Position numbers and translations under genes: made by a program. The notes beneath the pieces were generated by a model that worked only from the letters and a program-made list of their open reading frames with translations, did not search any database and was not told where the DNA came from. DNA of 52,024 nucleotides, filler included, from Squatina squatina (taxonomy: Eukaryota), in the NCBI GenBank assembly GCA_031763465.1. It is 3 parts of 3 records of this genome, joined end to end, with 100 filler letters (N's around TTAATTAATTAA, not from the genome) between each part and the next. Parts side by side here need not be neighbours in the genome. Positions count along the whole stretch, not along the records: positions 38,406 to 52,024 come from JARFOE010000013.1; 2 more parts are not named here. One strand, given 5' to 3'. Positions 49,100 through 52,024 of the stretch are shown piece after piece; position 1 is the stretch's first letter; each line of letters begins with the position of its first letter.

Positions 49100-49312
49100 G
49101 AGGTATGAGGGAAAAACTTGAGAAACTCGGGCTTTTCTGCTTTAAAAAGAGGTAATTGAGAAGCAATCTAATAAAGGTATATAAGATGGTACATAAAAAG
49201 TTGGTTCTGGAAACTTAATTGAAAATAAACTGAGAGCAAAGCGGCACAGGTTCAAAGTACTTAAAGGCAAATTTAGGACTGCTGTCAGGAATTTTTCTTC
49301 ACACAAAGAGGT
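49100..49312 (+). mobile_element. Old CR1 LINE fragment
   Basis: Decayed YEGKLEKLGLF...LRSNLIKVYKM and RNFFFTQR segments. Confidence 0.6.
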
Positions 49313-50231
49313 AGATCTTGATGGTGTGATAGTACAAAACAGGTGAGAAAGAGTCCGTAGCCCAATTTACATCTCTCCTTATCCTTACTTCCACTGAATG
49401 CAATGGAAATAAAANNNNNNNNNNNNNNNNNNNNNNNNNNNNNNNNNNNNNNNNNNNNNNNNNNNNNNNNNNNNNNNNNNNNNNNNNNNNNNNNNNNNNN
49501 NNNNNNNNNNNNNNCTAACTCATTTGCATAAAGTAAATGGGTTAACTCCTGCACTAAAATATCAGAGGAATTTCAGACAAATTTTTTGTGCTAATGTTAC
49601 TTAGCTTGATTTTGTATCGCTAATTTTTAAACTAAAAAATAAATTTATTCGTAATTCCAATCCGAGCATAAGCCTTTGCTGCAAATGAATCAGTATGTCA
49701 AACTAGGGTTACTTTTGTCTGAGCAACCTACCTCTACGCTGCAGTATAGCACCAGCAATGTAACGGGAACTGAAATTAGGAGCTAGCAAGCCTGAGTTTT
49801 AAAATCCCAGATATTATTGCCTCTAACTGTCCTGCATATTACTTCAGTAAAATCCTGTGAGACACTTTGTCTTATTTTATTTTCACTGAATTTTTGAGTT
49901 AAAGAAAGATCAATAAAATTCAAATCCCCATGACTAATTCTTCTGTTAGGTTTTATACACTACGTTCTAAGAACAGAAGAAACGTCTAGGACAAGAAAAG
50001 GTCACTCACTTCGTTAAAGATCTTCCCGCCTAACGACCAACATCTCAGCATTTTAATGTCCCCAATACTTTTGCCTCTATTACACTGCCTGGCAGATTAT
50101 TTCAAACATCTATCACATTTTAAGTGAAAAATTTCTTGCTCGTATTTATTTTAAGTTACTTTATAATAATTTATTTCCTCTCTCCGACTTGCCTACTCTA
50201 CCTTGAAGTAATATTCTGGATTTGATTTGAC

Positions 50232-51055
50232 AGACTGCTTCTCCGACATCCAGTACTGGATGAAGAAATTTCTTCCAACTAAATATTGGGAAGAACGAAG
50301 CCATTGTCTTCAGTCCATGCTACAAACTCTGTTCCCTACCCACCAACTCCATCCCCGTCCCTGGCCACTATCTGAAGCTGAACCAGGCCACTCGCAGCCT
50401 TGATGTCGTATTTGACTCCGAGAAGAGCTTCCGACCACATAACCATCACCAAGACCGCCTATTTCCATAACCTCACCCCTCTCTGTCCTTGTCTCAGTTT
50501 GTCTGCGGTTGGAACCCTCATACGTGTCTTTGCTACCTCTAGACTCGACCATTTCAAAGTTCTCCTGGCCGACCTTCCAGCTTCCACCCTCCATAAACTT
50601 GAACGCATCCAAAACTCTGCTGCCCGTGTCCTAACTCGCATCAAGTCCTGTTCGTCCATCCACCTTGTGCTCGCTGACCTACATTGGCTCCCGGTCTGGT
50701 AATGTCTCAATTTTTAAATTCTCATCCTCATTTTCAAATCCCTCTTTGGCCTCAACCCTCCCGATCTCTGTAACCTCTTCCAGCCCTACAACCCTCTGAG
50801 GTCTCTGCACTCCTCCAATTCTCGCCTCTTGTGTGCATCCCCGATTTTAATCGTTCAACCATTAGCAGCCACGCCTGCAGCTCTACCTCTCTCTCCTCCT
50901 TTAAGACACTCCTTGAAACCTACTTCTTTGGCCAAGCTTTTTGGTCATCTGCCCTAATATCTCCTTATGTGTCAAATTTTGTTTGATAACGCTCCTGTGA
51001 AGACTTGGGACGTTTTACTATATTAAAGGTGCTATATAACTATAAGTTGTTGTTG
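50232..51055 (+). mobile_element. L2 LINE 3' fragment
   Basis: TLIRVFATSRLDHFKVLLADLPASTLHKLERIQNSAARVLT...LADLHWLPV, ending in GTTGTTGTTG. Confidence 0.9.
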
Positions 51056-51729
51056 ATATTAAAGTTGAAATGGTTATCTATTGTAATATCACAGCTTTGG
51101 TACCAGGCAACTGGAATTGTCACAGTAATATATAAATTTGTGGATTGAGATGAGTAACGAGGCTGTAATTAAAACAACTGGTTCTGATGACATTGAGACA
51201 AAAAAGTGAAAGCTGTTTGCGTATTACAAATAAAAAATGATTCCTACATCTCTTTTCTAAGTGAAGAGTACAGTGTCTGAGCCATGCATCTCCAACACTT
51301 CACAGGCAGCAATTGCTTTTATTCCTGACATGCCAAAACCAGAAGACCTCTAACCCCCATTTGAAAAGGCAAGATTATGTCAATGCAGCAATATTGTAGC
51401 CTATCTCCTTAAACATTTGTAATGGCCAGATTTTCTGTACCAGAATCTAGTTTGATGGCTGAAAGGCTTTGCAGCAATTTTCAACACTCAGCAGGCGGGA
51501 AGCATGCACATTGAGCAACCTGAGTAATTACGGCAGCAAGAATTTACAGGCTATAAATATGAGCGTATGAACCTTTGCTAGACATCTAAATACGCTCATA
51601 ATATGCACTATATTATAAAACATGTAAAATATAAAAATGCTTGTGAAACACCAATGAAAAGAGATTGATCATTTTTGCAAAAGCATTGTTCTTCGATAAC
51701 TTTCATTTAGCCATTTTTCAAACTGAAAG

Positions 51730-51865
51730 GATAGTACAGCAGAGAAGGAATCCCTGTGGTCCATCGAGTCTGTGCTGGCTCTTTCAACAAGCAGCTTAGT
51801 TAGTTGCTCTTTCCCCAAATCCCTGCAATTTTTTCTCCTTCCAGTATTTATCCAATTCCCTTTTG
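51730..51865 (-). mobile_element. CR1 LINE 3' fragment
   Basis: Homologous to 14795-14935 and 3165-3259. Confidence 0.65.
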
Positions 51866-52024
51866 ACGGCACCTCCCTATCAAAAAATACAGGTTATCTG
51901 GTCATTGCCACATTGTTGTTCGTGGGAGCTTGCTGTGCGCAAATTAGCTGCAAATCAATCCATCTATCTTTCTTTCTTTCTCTCTTTCCTTCTTCAGTAG
52001 AGAGTCAGTCGTGAAATCTCCAAA

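Overview
This is fragmented vertebrate genomic DNA, almost certainly from a cartilaginous fish (shark): short contigs of about 0.3-5 kb joined by dozens of placeholder N gaps, mostly 100 nt. It is not prokaryotic, and nearly all of the supplied ORF track is spurious or transposon-derived. Five exons from three host genes are recognisable. PTPRO (minus strand) shows exon 1 (signal peptide, 30726-30800), exon 2 (26700-26979) and part of exon 5 (26300-26585). RERG shows one exon (37822-37878, plus strand), divergent from PTPRO as in human. ALKBH8 shows one exon (44290-44394, plus strand), which is an unexpected neighbour. The rest is intronic or intergenic DNA dense in decayed repeats: CR1, L2, RTE and another LINE family, Deu-domain tRNA SINEs, PIF/Harbinger transposase and Myb/SANT relics with MITEs, Penelope-like elements, and two minisatellites. 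I found no convincing new biological system. The best leads are a minimal hammerhead-ribozyme-like motif in Penelope termini, short fold-back Penelope derivatives, and the RERG-ALKBH8 adjacency, which may be a scaffolding artefact. Gene and repeat identities come from my recollection of known sequences, not from database searches. Repeat boundaries are approximate.
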